A DNA stretch of 64,000 nucleotides from an uncultured Solirubrobacteraceae bacterium (lineage in GTDB: Bacteria > Actinomycetota > Thermoleophilia > Solirubrobacterales > Solirubrobacteraceae), in assembly GCA_963779065.1 (NCBI GenBank), contig CAVZWQ010000003.1, forward strand, positions 1,675,502 through 1,739,501. Direction: 5' to 3'. Below the pieces are notes generated by a model. It did no database searches. It had not been told where the DNA came from and saw only the letters and a list, made by a program, of their open reading frames with translations. Both the position numbers and the translations under genes were made by a program. Below, piece after piece: positions 32,556-42,678 of this stretch (position 1 is the first letter of the stretch; each line of letters starts with the position of its first letter).

Positions 32556-33041
32556 TCAGTCCCCGAGCGGCCAGGGGTTCTCGGCCGGCCGCCACGGCTC
32601 GCGGCGCCAGTCGGCGTACGCCTCGGCGGGATCGTCGGTCTCCTCGGAGACCGAGGCGTCGTAGCGTGCCGCGACCTCGTTGACCGGGTAGTGGGCCTGG
32701 TCGACGCGGCGCGAGCCGATCATCAGGACCGCGCACGGTCCCTCGCCGGCGCCGACGAAGACGTGCTCGACCCCCGCCGGGCAGTGGAAGAAGTCCCAGC
32801 GGCGCAGCCGGTGCTCCTGCCCTTCGACGATCGCGATGCACTCGCCGTGCAGGACGAGGAAGTCCTCCTGGACCGGCTCTGAGTGGTAGCGGCAGTTCGG
32901 CTGGCCCGGCTGCAGGATCTGGACGTTCACGCCCGTGTCGGGCCAGGGCGCGGCATCGTCCTCGGGATCGAGCTGCATCGCGCGGTGCGGGTGTGCGCGC
33001 GCGGGCCAGTCCGCGACGTTCGCGATCAGCCAGTCCGGCAT
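32556..33041 (-). CDS. Cupin domain protein
   Basis: YHSE...EDFLVL.G...HCPAGVEH. Confidence 0.88.
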   Translation of the reverse strand: MPDWLIANVADWPARAHPHRAMQLDPEDDAAPWPDTGVNVQILQPGQPNCRYHSEPVQEDFLVLHGECIAIVEGQEHRLRRWDFFHCPAGVEHVFVGAGEGPCAVLMIGSRRVDQAHYPVNEVAARYDASVSEETDDPAEAYADWRREPWRPAENPWPLGD

Positions 33042-33550
33042 GCCGCAAGCCTACTCATTCGGCGCCCGGGTCCAGCTTCGCTTCGAGCGCCTCGAAGCGA
33101 CCGCTCTTCCCCCGCGCCGCGCTCGATCACCCGCGAGGGCTCGGCGACCACCGTCGCGCCGTCCGGCACGTCGCGGACGACCAGCGCGCCCGCGCCGATG
33201 CGGGCGCCGCGCCCGATCCGCACGCTGCGCCCGCGCGGCGCGAGGATGATCGCACCGGCGCCGATCCCGACTTCGTCCTCGATCACGATCCCGTGCTCGG
33301 AGCCGGTGGCGGCCCGCACGGCGATCGTCACGTTCTGCCCGATCCGCACCCCGCGCCCGATCGTCACGTTGCTGTGGATCACGGTGCCGAAGCCGGAGTG
33401 CAGGAACCGCACGTCGGGACTGAACCGCACGCCGGGTGCGAGGGAGTTGCGGTAGATCGCGGAGTTGACTTTCTTGACGAACAGGGCGAGCCGCCGCATG
33501 CCCCTGCGGCGCAGGAACGCGGAGATCCGCCACAGCCGTTCCGGGCTCAC
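33026..33550 (-). CDS. Hexapeptide-repeat acyltransferase (serine acetyltransferase-like)
   Basis: H.GFGTVIH..VTIG.GVRIGQNVTI, IGAGA.IL, IGAGALVVRDVP. The end is uncertain. Confidence 0.82.
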   Translation of the reverse strand: MSPERLWRISAFLRRRGMRRLALFVKKVNSAIYRNSLAPGVRFSPDVRFLHSGFGTVIHSNVTIGRGVRIGQNVTIAVRAATGSEHGIVIEDEVGIGAGAIILAPRGRSVRIGRGARIGAGALVVRDVPDGATVVAEPSRVIERGAGEERSLRGARSEAGPGRRMSRLAACRTG

Positions 33551-33695
33551 CGGACCACCCCCGGGAACGAACCCCGACGGGCCGGCCCGGTGCGCGTGGC
33601 GGCAGTCGTCATGCCGCTTGAATACCAGCAACCGCGCGGGGAGGGCATGCAGGCGGGCCGAGCACAGGCGCGTGCCGGGCCATAAGCTTGCCGCC

Positions 33696-34766
33696 GTGGA
33701 CTTCCTGATCGCACGCGGAGACCTGCACGAAACCCGCTTCGAGGACGGATCGGCACCGGCCCCCGACCCCGGACAGGCGCTGCTCAGCGTCGATCGATTC
33801 GGGCTCACATCCAACAACATCACCTACGCGGCGTTCGGCGAGGCGATGTCCTACTGGAAGTTCTTCCCGGCGCCGGAGGGCTGGGGACGGATGCCCGTCT
33901 GGGGCTTCGCGACGGTGGCCGAGAGCCGCGTCGAGGGGCTCGAGGAGGGAGCGCGGATCTACGGCTACCTGCCGCCGTCGAGCGAGCTGCTCGTCACCCC
34001 GCAGCGCGTCGGGCCGCACGGCTTCGTGGACTCGGCCGCGCATCGCGCCGAGCTGCCGGCCGCGTACAACAGCTATCTGCTCACCGGCGCGGACCCCTCC
34101 TACGATCCCAGCCGCGAGGACCAGCAGATGCTGCTGCGCCCGCTGTTCTTCACGTCCTGGCTGATCGACGACTTCCTGCGCGACAGCGAGATGTTCGGGG
34201 CGGCCACGGTCGTGCTCTCGAGCGCGTCGAGCAAGACCGCGAGCGGGCTGGCGTTCCTGCTCTCGCGGGACGGCGCCGCCGACGTGGTCGGTCTCAGCTC
34301 CGAGCGCGGCGCGGAGTACGCCCGCTCGATCGGCGTCTACGACGCGGTCCTCACCTACGACGAGCTCGAGGACCTGCCGGCCGGCCGCGCCGTCTACGTG
34401 GACATGTCCGGCGACGCCGCGGTCCGCGAGGGCGTGCACCGCCGCTACGGAGCCGAGCTCGCGCACTCGGCCGTCGTGGGCGCGACCCATCACGACCAGA
34501 TGGGGGCGGTCCCGGACGATCTCCCCGGGCCGCGGCCCACCTTCTTCTTCGCCCCGGACCGGGTCGCGAAGCGCTCGGGCGAGTGGGGGCGCGAGCAGCT
34601 CGAAGCGCGGCTCGCCGAGGCCTGGGGGCCGTATGTGAAGTGGACCGACGGCTGGCTCGAGGTGATCCACGAGCAGGGGCCCGACCCCCTGCGCGCGACC
34701 TACCTGGACCTGCTCGACGGGCGCATCGACCCGTCGCGGGCGCACGTGCTCTCACTGCCGCGCTAG
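33696..34766 (+). CDS. DUF2855 family protein
   Basis: FGLTSNNITYA, YWKFFP, PVWGFA, RPLF.TS, SSASSKTA, FFFAP. Confidence 0.88.
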   Translation: MDFLIARGDLHETRFEDGSAPAPDPGQALLSVDRFGLTSNNITYAAFGEAMSYWKFFPAPEGWGRMPVWGFATVAESRVEGLEEGARIYGYLPPSSELLVTPQRVGPHGFVDSAAHRAELPAAYNSYLLTGADPSYDPSREDQQMLLRPLFFTSWLIDDFLRDSEMFGAATVVLSSASSKTASGLAFLLSRDGAADVVGLSSERGAEYARSIGVYDAVLTYDELEDLPAGRAVYVDMSGDAAVREGVHRRYGAELAHSAVVGATHHDQMGAVPDDLPGPRPTFFFAPDRVAKRSGEWGREQLEARLAEAWGPYVKWTDGWLEVIHEQGPDPLRATYLDLLDGRIDPSRAHVLSLPR

Positions 34767-34801
34767 ATCCGCCCGGGCGCCGGCTGCCGGCCTCTCGCGC
34801 C

Positions 34802-34828
34802 GTTTGAGATCCCGCCACCGCGGGGTAG
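34802..34828 (+). promoter_or_regulatory. Putative SigB/SigF-type promoter
   Basis: GTTT-N17-GGGTAG upstream of the secreted hydrolase gene. Confidence 0.45.
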
Positions 34829-34875
34829 TCCCCCCTGTCAACAGTCTGGGGAGGGGGCGAGCCAGGAGACAGCAG

Positions 34876-36681
34876 ATGCACATGCCCGTCGGCGGCCGCC
34901 GCCGCAACACGATTCTCGCCGCCGCGTGCGCCTGGGCGCTCGCGCTCGCCCCGGCGGCCGCCGCCGCCAAGCCGAAAGGCGAACCGGCGCCGTTCGGCCA
35001 CGCCTGCACCGCCCAGGACGGGGTGCGCTTCTGCCCCACCGCCGGCCTCGAAGACCGCGTGCCGAGCTTCGACGGCGTCCCGCTCGACGTCGACGTGACG
35101 TTGCCGCCGAGCGGCAGCGGGCCGTTCCCCACGATCGTGATGATGCACGGCTGGGGAGGCAGCAAGACCGCGTTCGAGTCCACCACGCCCGGCCGGGGAC
35201 GGAAACGAGACGTTCGATTACAACAACGTCTACTTCGCCCAGCACGGCTTCGCCGTCGTCAACTACTCCGCCCGTGGCTGGGGCCGCTCGTGCGGGAGCT
35301 CGGAATCCCGCACCGAACCGGGCTGCAAAGAAGGCTGGATCAGGCTCGCCGACCAGCGTTACGAGGCGCGCGACACCCAGTACCTGCTCGGCCTGCTCGC
35401 CGACGAACGGATCGCCAAGCCGAAGTCGATCGGCGTGACCGGCATCTCCTACGGCGGGGGGCAGTCGATCGAGCTCGCCTACCTGAAGAACCGCATCCGG
35501 CTCGAGAACGGCGAATTCCAGCCGTGGACGAGCCCGGGCGGGAAGGCGATGGAAATCAAGGCCGCCTTCCCGCGCTGGCCGTGGTCCGACCTCGTCGACG
35601 CGCTCGAGCCCAACGGCCGCTTCCTCGACACGCAGATCGCCTCGCCCACCCAGAGCCGGGAACCGATCGGCGTCGAGATCCAGAGCTACGTGACGGGCCT
35701 CTTCGCGGACGGCGCCGCGGGCGGCTATATCGCGCCGCCGGGCGCCGACGAAGAAGCCGACCTCACCAAGTGGTTCGCGTTGATCAACGCGGGCGAGCCG
35801 TTCCCGCTCGAAGCCGAAGCGATCGAGAACCAGATCTACGAATACCACGACGGCTACTCCATCCCCCTCGACCGGCAAGCCCGCACCGATGCTCCTCGAG
35901 AGCGGCTGGACCGACGACCTGTTCCCGCCCGAGCAGTCGCTGCGCGTCTACAACCAGGTTCGCGCGGCCAAGGGCTACGCGGCCCTGATGTTCGGGGACC
36001 TCGGGCACAGCCGCGGCGACAACAAGCAGAACACCGACCACGCGTTCAACGAAGAGGGCGCCGGCGTTCCTCGCGGCGCGTCTGGAGCACTCCGGCAAGG
36101 CGCCGCACAACGGCTCCGTGACGGCCTACACCCAGACCTGCCCGACCGAAGCTCCGGCCGAAGGCCCGTTCACGGCCAAGAGCTGGGCGAAGCTCCGCAC
36201 CGGCGCCGTCACGTTCGGCTCGGCCGCCCCGCAGACGTTCACCGCAGCGGGCGGGAACCCGGCGACGGCGGCCGCGTTCGATCCGATCGCGGGCACGAGC
36301 GAAGCGTGCAAGACCGTGACCGCCGAAGAAGAGCCGAACACCGCCGGCTACACGACGGTCAGCAGCGGCTTCACGATGCTCGGGCTGCCCACGGTGACCG
36401 CGCACGTCGTCGAGACCGGTCCGTACGGGGAGATCGCCGCACGGCTGTGGGACGTGCTGCCGTCAGGTGTACAGCGGCTGATCAGCCGCGGCGTCTACCG
36501 GCTCGACGAAGGCGAGAACGGCACCGTCACGTTCCAGCTCCACGGCAACGGCTACCGCTTCGCCGCAGGCGACACGGTGAAGCTGCAGCTGCTCGGACGC
36601 GACGCGCCCTACTACCGGGCGAGCAACGGCGCGTTCTCCGTGGAAGCGAGCGACGTGACCGTCACCCTGCCGACTGGCTGA
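34876..36681 (+). CDS. Secreted CocE/NonD-like alpha/beta hydrolase (acyl esterase), frameshifted
   Basis: Signal peptide; SFDGVPLDVD, HGWGG, ARGWG.S, GISYGG nucleophile elbow, DDLF, GH; C-terminal RLWDV...LHGNGYRF..GD..KLQL domain. Confidence 0.85.
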
Positions 36682-36692
36682 CGGTCGCGGCC

Positions 36693-36725
36693 GCCGCCGC
36701 GCGGGGCACTGCCCCGCGCGGCGGC
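36693..36725. terminator. GC-rich hairpin between convergent genes
   Basis: gccgccgcgcggggca-c-tgccccgcgcggcggc, 16-bp arms. Confidence 0.6.
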
Positions 36726-36741
36726 ATCGGCCGGTCCTGGC

Positions 36742-38988
36742 CTAGTGGCGCGTGACGCGCAGTTCGACCGCGGCGGTGCCCGCCCCGGCGACCGGGCCGT
36801 CGCCGGCCCACTGGGCGACGAAGTCGGTCGTCGAGGAGATGCCCGAGGCGCTCAGCGTGAACGCGCCGTTGGAGGCGACCGTCACGGTCTGCTCGCGCCA
36901 GACCGCCCGGCCGACCGTGCGGTAGGCCACGTCCACGGTCTCCCCGCCCTGCGCCGGGCTGAGCAGGCCCTTGAGCTTCACGCGCCCGTGAGCCCGCGCC
37001 AGCTTCCTGCGCGAGAGCTTGTGCGGGCCGGCGATCGACAGGGTGAGCGCCGAGCTGGTCGGATTCAACCCGCCGCTCTCGGTCTGGAAGAGCCCCCCTT
37101 CGCCGAGCAGGTAGTCCACGAGCCCGGCGGCCGCGACCGCTTCGACCTTCCGCGGCAGCGTCTCGGGGATCCAGGTGCGCCCGCCGTCGGAGGTGCGCAG
37201 CACGCGCTTGCCCCCGCCCGCGAACAGCGCGTAGCCGTCCGCCGCGGAGCTGAACGCGATCGTGCCCTGACCGCCCAGCGCCATGCTGCCCATCCCGTCG
37301 ATCTCCTTCCAGCTGTGACCGCTGTTGCGCGTGAAGAACAGGCGCTGCTGCGACACGGCGTAGCCGGTGGTCGGGCTCACGAACGAGAGCGATTCGATGT
37401 TGCCGTGCTTCAGCGGGCGCGGGATCAGCGTCCACCGGGCGCCGCCGTTGCGCGACTCGATCGCTTCATCGCCCCAGGCGATCATCGCGGAGCCGACGGT
37501 CTCCCCACCCGCGAACAGCGGGAAGGCGGAGAGGCGGCGCCGCAGGACCTTGCGGTGCCTGGTGCCGATCACGACGCTGCCCGCCACGGGTCCGAAGCTC
37601 GCGCCCGCGTCGGTGCTCCGCCGCAGGCCGGTCGGCCCCACCAGGACGACGGTCCCCCCCTGTTCGCCCGGAGCGAGCAGCGCGGCGGGCGCGCCGCCGC
37701 CCGAGTTGAGGATCGTCCAGCTCAGGCCGCCGTTCGACGTCCTGTAGACGGTTCCGGCTTCGTTGACCGCGTAGCCGACCGCGGTCGTCGGGAACGCGGC
37801 GTCCTCGATCGTGGAGGAGGTCGGCACGCGCAGCGCCGCCCAGCTCGCGCCGCCGTTCGTCGTCGCCGCGATCACACCAGAGTGGCCGGGAACGTAGGCG
37901 TCTTCCGCTCGCGCCCCGAGCCGAACGACGCCGCCGAGCTGCACGCCGAAGCGGTGCGTGATCGAGGTCGGGAACGTGGCGCCCCCGTCGGTCGAGAGCA
38001 CGGTCTCGCCGGCGGCGCCGACGGCGACCGCGCTGCCGGCCGTGGAGAAGGCGACCGAGAGCAGGTTCTGGTCGGCCGGGGACACGAGCGTCCCGGTCGC
38101 GCCGCCGTCGGTCGTGCGCACGAGCATGTTGGTCGCCGGCGCAGGCTGCGGCGCCGTCGCGATCAGGCAATGTTCGGCGTCGCTGCAGGAGATCTGCATG
38201 AGCGTCGGCCGCGGCGCCCCCGCCGGCAGCGCCAGCGCCAGCGGCGTCCAGGTCGCGCCGCCGTCGGTGCTGTGAAGCAGCGTGCCCCCGGCGCCCACCG
38301 CATAGGCGAGCGTCGGGCTCACGAACGTGATGCCGTAGAGCGGCTGGCCGCTGCCGGCCACCTGCGTCCACGAGCCGGCGCCGTCGGTCGTGCGGTAGAT
38401 CTTGCCGCCGCCCTGGTTCACGAGCGCGAAGCCGGTCGTCGCAGAGACGAACGCGATCTGCCCGGCGGTGGCGCCGGCCAGCGGCACGCTGGTCTTCGGT
38501 TCGAGGGTCTGGCCGGCGTCTTTCGTCAGGAAGATCGAGCCGTCGGCCTGCTCGACGTAGCCGGTGTTCGCATCCAGGAAGGAGACCGCGGCGACCTTGG
38601 TCGCGCAGCCCTGTTCGGATTCGTTGACGGGCAGGCGGTGGAAGCTCGCGCCGCCGTCGGTGGACTCGCGCACCGTGCAGCCGCCCCCGACGACCACGGT
38701 GTTCGGATCGACCTCCTGCAGGAGCGTGAGGTTCGAGGACGAGCCGCTGGGGAGCCCGCTCCAGCTGGCGCCGCCGTCGTCGCTGCGCAGCACGGTGCCG
38801 TCTTCGCCGACGGCGTAGCCGCGGGCGCCCTGGAACGCGACGCTGTTCAGCGTTTCGCCCTGCGGGACCGGGTTCCCCCACGTCCAGCCGGACGTCCCGA
38901 CCGACACCGGCGCGGCGCTCGCCGCCGCCGTTCCGGCCAGCGCCCATGCCGCGATCGCGGCGAGCGCGATCCTCGCAACCCGTCCCAT
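36742..38988 (-). CDS. Secreted BNR/Asp-box beta-propeller (YCF48-related) protein with a basic C-terminal Ig-like domain
   Basis: Signal peptide; more than ten S/T.D/NGG.S/TW repeats. Confidence 0.88.
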   Translation of the reverse strand: MGRVARIALAAIAAWALAGTAAASAAPVSVGTSGWTWGNPVPQGETLNSVAFQGARGYAVGEDGTVLRSDDGGASWSGLPSGSSSNLTLLQEVDPNTVVVGGGCTVRESTDGGASFHRLPVNESEQGCATKVAAVSFLDANTGYVEQADGSIFLTKDAGQTLEPKTSVPLAGATAGQIAFVSATTGFALVNQGGGKIYRTTDGAGSWTQVAGSGQPLYGITFVSPTLAYAVGAGGTLLHSTDGGATWTPLALALPAGAPRPTLMQISCSDAEHCLIATAPQPAPATNMLVRTTDGGATGTLVSPADQNLLSVAFSTAGSAVAVGAAGETVLSTDGGATFPTSITHRFGVQLGGVVRLGARAEDAYVPGHSGVIAATTNGGASWAALRVPTSSTIEDAAFPTTAVGYAVNEAGTVYRTSNGGLSWTILNSGGGAPAALLAPGEQGGTVVLVGPTGLRRSTDAGASFGPVAGSVVIGTRHRKVLRRRLSAFPLFAGGETVGSAMIAWGDEAIESRNGGARWTLIPRPLKHGNIESLSFVSPTTGYAVSQQRLFFTRNSGHSWKEIDGMGSMALGGQGTIAFSSAADGYALFAGGGKRVLRTSDGGRTWIPETLPRKVEAVAAAGLVDYLLGEGGLFQTESGGLNPTSSALTLSIAGPHKLSRRKLARAHGRVKLKGLLSPAQGGETVDVAYRTVGRAVWREQTVTVASNGAFTLSASGISSTTDFVAQWAGDGPVAGAGTAAVELRVTRH

Positions 38989-39103
38989 TGCCGCCCCCTT
39001 CGTTCAGGTTCGTAGGTGCCCGGCCATCGGCAGAGTTCCGCCAACTTAGATCGAGCACCGCCTAGAACAACCGAGGGCGGCGAAGGTTGCTGTGCTCTCC
39101 GAA

Positions 39104-39145
39104 CGGCGACCGCGTGGCGGCCCGCGGGCCGCCACGCGGTCGCCG
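39104..39145. repeat. Perfect 42-bp palindrome (terminator-like)
   Basis: cggcgaccgcgtggcggcccg|cgggccgccacgcggtcgccg, 8 nt past the stop at 39154. Confidence 0.85.
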
Positions 39146-39153
39146 CGCCTGCC

Positions 39154-39868
39154 TCAGAGCGTGTGCGTGGCGCCCGGCTCGAGCACGACGACCTCGCCGT
39201 GCCCGGCGCCCTCGACGTCGGACTTGAACGCCTGCGCGTCGGTCTCGATCGGAGGGAACGTGTTGTAGTGGCAGGGGATCACCTGCCGCGCTCCCACGAG
39301 CCTCGCCGCCTCGACGGCGTCGAAGCGGTCCATCGTGTAGTGACCGCCGATGCACATCAGCGCCACATCGATCTCGCCGTCGCCCTGCGCCGAGGAGCTC
39401 GCAGCGCGCGCGGCGATCGCACGCATCAGCGAGAGGTCGGAGAACAGCGCCGTGTCACCGAGGTGGTAGATCGTGCGCCCACCGAGGTTGACGATCAGCC
39501 CGGCGGGGGTGTTGACCGCCCCTTTCGGGGTCGTCGAGGTGTGCCACGCCGGCACGAGCTTGACCCAGCCCCAGTCGAAGCGCACGGTGCCACCCAGGTT
39601 CGGGTCGCGCACGTTCTCCACGCCGTCGGCCGTCAGCTCGCTCGCGATCTCCACGATCGCGACGCACGTCCGGCTTCGCGCGCTGTGCGATCGACACCGT
39701 GTCGCCGATGTGGTCGGCGTGACCGTGCGTCAGCAGCACCGCGTCCGGGCTAAGCTCATCGGCCGCCACCGCCGCCTTCGGGTTGCCGGTGAGAAAGGGG
39801 TCGATCAGGACCCGGGTCGATCCGTCGTTCAGCTCGAAGGCCGCGTGGCCAAGGAAGCGAATCTCCAT
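39154..39868 (-). CDS. MBL-fold metal-dependent hydrolase (UPF0173-like), frameshift near 39670
   Basis: FLGHA, IDPFLTGNP, THGHADH, AWH, YHLGDT, PCHYNTF. Confidence 0.92.
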
Positions 39869-39930
39869 CGTCACCGCCATTCGGTCGATTTCCATTCCGC
39901 GCCCGGCCGTAGCGGGCGACGTCACCATAT

Positions 39931-41271
39931 ATGCCCGCTGACGGCCCCGGCGCACGCTCGGTGCAGGCCCTGCTCTGCGCCTGCGCGCTGCTCTGGGGCG
40001 CCCCAGCCGGCGCGGGCGCCTGGAGCGCGCCCGCGCAGCTCGCCCCCTGCGCGTCCGCGGGCGCGCCGCGCGTCGTGTTCCCGTCGGATTCGCCGTCACA
40101 TCCCACCGGCGCCGGCGCGATCGTCTGGCCCGCCGGCCCCTCGTGCCCCGGGGGCGCCGGGGCGCGGGTCGACGCGCTGGCGCCGGGTGCCACGCCCGCC
40201 GCTGCGGTCGCGCCGCGCCCCTCCGGTTCGGACCCGCGTGCGCCCCTGGGCGCGTCGGCGGCGCCGGGCGGACGGATCGCGATCCTCGGCACAGACCCGC
40301 GGCGCCCGGGGCGCGGGCTCGCGCTGGAGGGCATCGCCGGCGGGACGTTCGAGGCCCTGCCGGGGGCCGGCGCGCCGGCGCCCGGGGCGGCGCTGAGCAC
40401 CGCTTACCTCGGCGACCTCGCGCTGCTCGCCCCCAGCCGCGATGCGCTCGTGCTCCAGGTGCAGCGGTGGTTCGGCGGCCCCGCGGGCGCGCCCAGGCAG
40501 GTGACCGGCGCGGGCGCGAGCCTCGGCGCTCTCACCGTCGCGATGGACTACCGGAGCGACGCCCTCGCGGTGTGGACCGCGGGCGGCGGGGTGTGGGCGC
40601 GCGCGATGCCGGCAAGCGGCCGCGTGCTGCCCGCGCAGCGGCTCGGACCGGCCGGCGCGGGCACCCGGGCCGCGGCGCTGCTCAGCGACGACAACCGCGC
40701 GATCGTGATGTGGTCGACCGAGCGCGCCGGCGCGACCGACGTGTACTTCGACCAGTCGGCGGCCGGGCCGCGCTTCGGCCACGCGAGCCGGATCGAGCAC
40801 GCTCCGGGCGCGGCGGCTCCGGAAGGCTCGCCGCAGATCGTGCGGCTGAGCTCGGAGAGCGTGATGTGCGCCTGGACCGGCGCCGGCGAAGGGCACCTGG
40901 TCGTGCGGACGGCGCCGATCGACCAGCGCGGGCTGCGGGCCGTCTCCACGATCGCCGCGCCGGCAGGCGGCGATCTCTTCCTGAGCGCGCTCGCACCGGG
41001 CCCGAACGGCGAGGCGGTCGTGCTGCTGGGCGAGCCCGCGAGGAGCCCGGCCGGGACGCTGCTCCCGGGCGAGGCCGCGCTGCTCGCCTCGCGCGGCACC
41101 GACGCCGCTCCCGGGCGTACCCTGTTCGGCCCGCCCCAGCTCGTGGCCCCGGCAGGGCCGCTGTCGGGCGCCAGCGTGGCGGTCGAGCCGGGCACGGACC
41201 GGGCGATCGCCGCCTGGCGCGGCGCCGCGGGAGCCATCGACTACGCCGTGCAAACGGGCGCCCACGACTGA
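39931..41271 (+). CDS. Secreted hypothetical protein (repetitive beta-rich)
   Basis: Long ORF with a signal-like N-terminus; recurring A.V.W strands. Confidence 0.65.
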   Translation: MPADGPGARSVQALLCACALLWGAPAGAGAWSAPAQLAPCASAGAPRVVFPSDSPSHPTGAGAIVWPAGPSCPGGAGARVDALAPGATPAAAVAPRPSGSDPRAPLGASAAPGGRIAILGTDPRRPGRGLALEGIAGGTFEALPGAGAPAPGAALSTAYLGDLALLAPSRDALVLQVQRWFGGPAGAPRQVTGAGASLGALTVAMDYRSDALAVWTAGGGVWARAMPASGRVLPAQRLGPAGAGTRAAALLSDDNRAIVMWSTERAGATDVYFDQSAAGPRFGHASRIEHAPGAAAPEGSPQIVRLSSESVMCAWTGAGEGHLVVRTAPIDQRGLRAVSTIAAPAGGDLFLSALAPGPNGEAVVLLGEPARSPAGTLLPGEAALLASRGTDAAPGRTLFGPPQLVAPAGPLSGASVAVEPGTDRAIAAWRGAAGAIDYAVQTGAHD

Positions 41272-41327
41272 GCCGGAACGCAGCCGGCAGGCGCGAAGCA
41301 GGGAATTTAGGAAAAGATGGACCGCTG

Positions 41328-42058
41328 ATGGACCGCGACTACGAGCAGCAGACCTTCCAGGCCGAGGACCGCCACTGGTGGTACCGGGGCCGGAGAACCG
41401 TGCTGGAGCGCGTGCTGGACGGGCTCGCCCTGGCCGGAACCGGTCCGCATCCTCGACGCCGGCTGCGGCAGCGGCCGCAACATGGTCGAGCTCGCGCGGC
41501 GGGGCACCGTCACCGGCGTGGAGCTCTCGCAGACCGAGCGTCGAGAAGGCGCGCGAGCGCGGCTGCGGCGAGGTGATCGAAGGCTCGGTGCTCGAGATGC
41601 CGTTCGCCGACGCGAGCTTCGACCTCGCGGTCTCGCTGGACGTCATCGAGCATCTCGAGGACGACCTCGGAGCGCTGCGCGAGCTGCGGCGCGTGGTCGC
41701 GCCCGGCGGGGCGCTGCTGCTCACGGTCCCCGCCTACGGCTGGCTGTGGAGCGGACACGACGAGATCAACCACCACCAGCGCCGCTACACGATGCGCTCG
41801 CTGCGGACGGTCGCCGAGCAGGCCGGCTGGCGCCAGGAGCGCACGAGCTACTTCAACTCGCTGCTGCTCCCGGTCGCGATCCTGCTGCGCGTGCTCGACC
41901 GCTTCAACCGCAAGACGACCGAGTCGAGCCTCGACCTGTGGGTGCCGCCCGAACCGGTCAACCGGGCACTCGAGGTGCCGCTGATGCTCGAGTCCAAAAT
42001 GATCGGGCGCGGCGGCCGGATCCCGGCCGGGCTCTCGCTGCTCAGCGTGTTCCGCTAG
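41328..42058 (+). CDS. Class I SAM-dependent methyltransferase, frameshifted
   Basis: EDRHWWYRGRR, ILDAGCGSG, DVIEHL, TVPAY..LWS.HD..NHH.RRY. Confidence 0.9.
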
Positions 42059-42558
42059 AGGTTGGTGAGCTGGGAGGGCTCCTCCGCGAGCGGAACGTGG
42101 CGGAAGGTCCAGGCGCGGTTCACGAGGAAGGTCGTGATCGTCACCGCGACCGTCGCGAGCGCCTGGGCGACGAGCTCGTCGATGCCCGCGTCGTGGACGA
42201 GCAGGTAGAGCAGCCCGAGGTTCAGCCCGAGCCCGCCCGATTGCACGATCGCCCAGCGCACGGGGGTCAACGAGTCGCCGACGTGGTCGGCGAACGTCCA
42301 GCGCCGGTTCAGCAGGAAGCCGTTCGTCGCGCCCACGACGAAGCCGATCGCCGAGGCCGCGATGTACCAGACCCCGAACACCTTCAGCAGCACCGTGTAG
42401 ACGGCGAAGGTGATCAGCGTGTTCGAGATGCCGACGATCCCGAACTTCACGAACTGCACGAGCACGGCCGGCGCCCGCAAGCGGCGCGCCCGCGGCGGGC
42501 GCGGAGGCGTCTTCTGGCGGTACCCTTTGGGTACGTTCGCGCGGAGCACCGCGTCCAT
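42055..42558 (-). CDS. GtrA family protein
   Basis: QFVKFGIVG, LNRRWTF, NRAWTF. The start is uncertain. Confidence 0.9.
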   Translation of the reverse strand: MDAVLRANVPKGYRQKTPPRPPRARRLRAPAVLVQFVKFGIVGISNTLITFAVYTVLLKVFGVWYIAASAIGFVVGATNGFLLNRRWTFADHVGDSLTPVRWAIVQSGGLGLNLGLLYLLVHDAGIDELVAQALATVAVTITTFLVNRAWTFRHVPLAEEPSQLTNL

Positions 42559-42678
42559 CCTCTGCCGAGCTCATCCCCAGGAAGGATGAACGATAAATTG
42601 AGCGCCGGCTTAGGGATCTCGTCGACGATGGGGTCTGCCGCGCTCCTACGCGGCGGCACACCGGGCAAAATCACACCT

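Noticed and set aside
36742-38988. Photosynthesis gene (YCF48 similarity)
   Set aside because: The similarity reflects generic BNR/Asp-box repeats, and there are no photosystem genes in the window.
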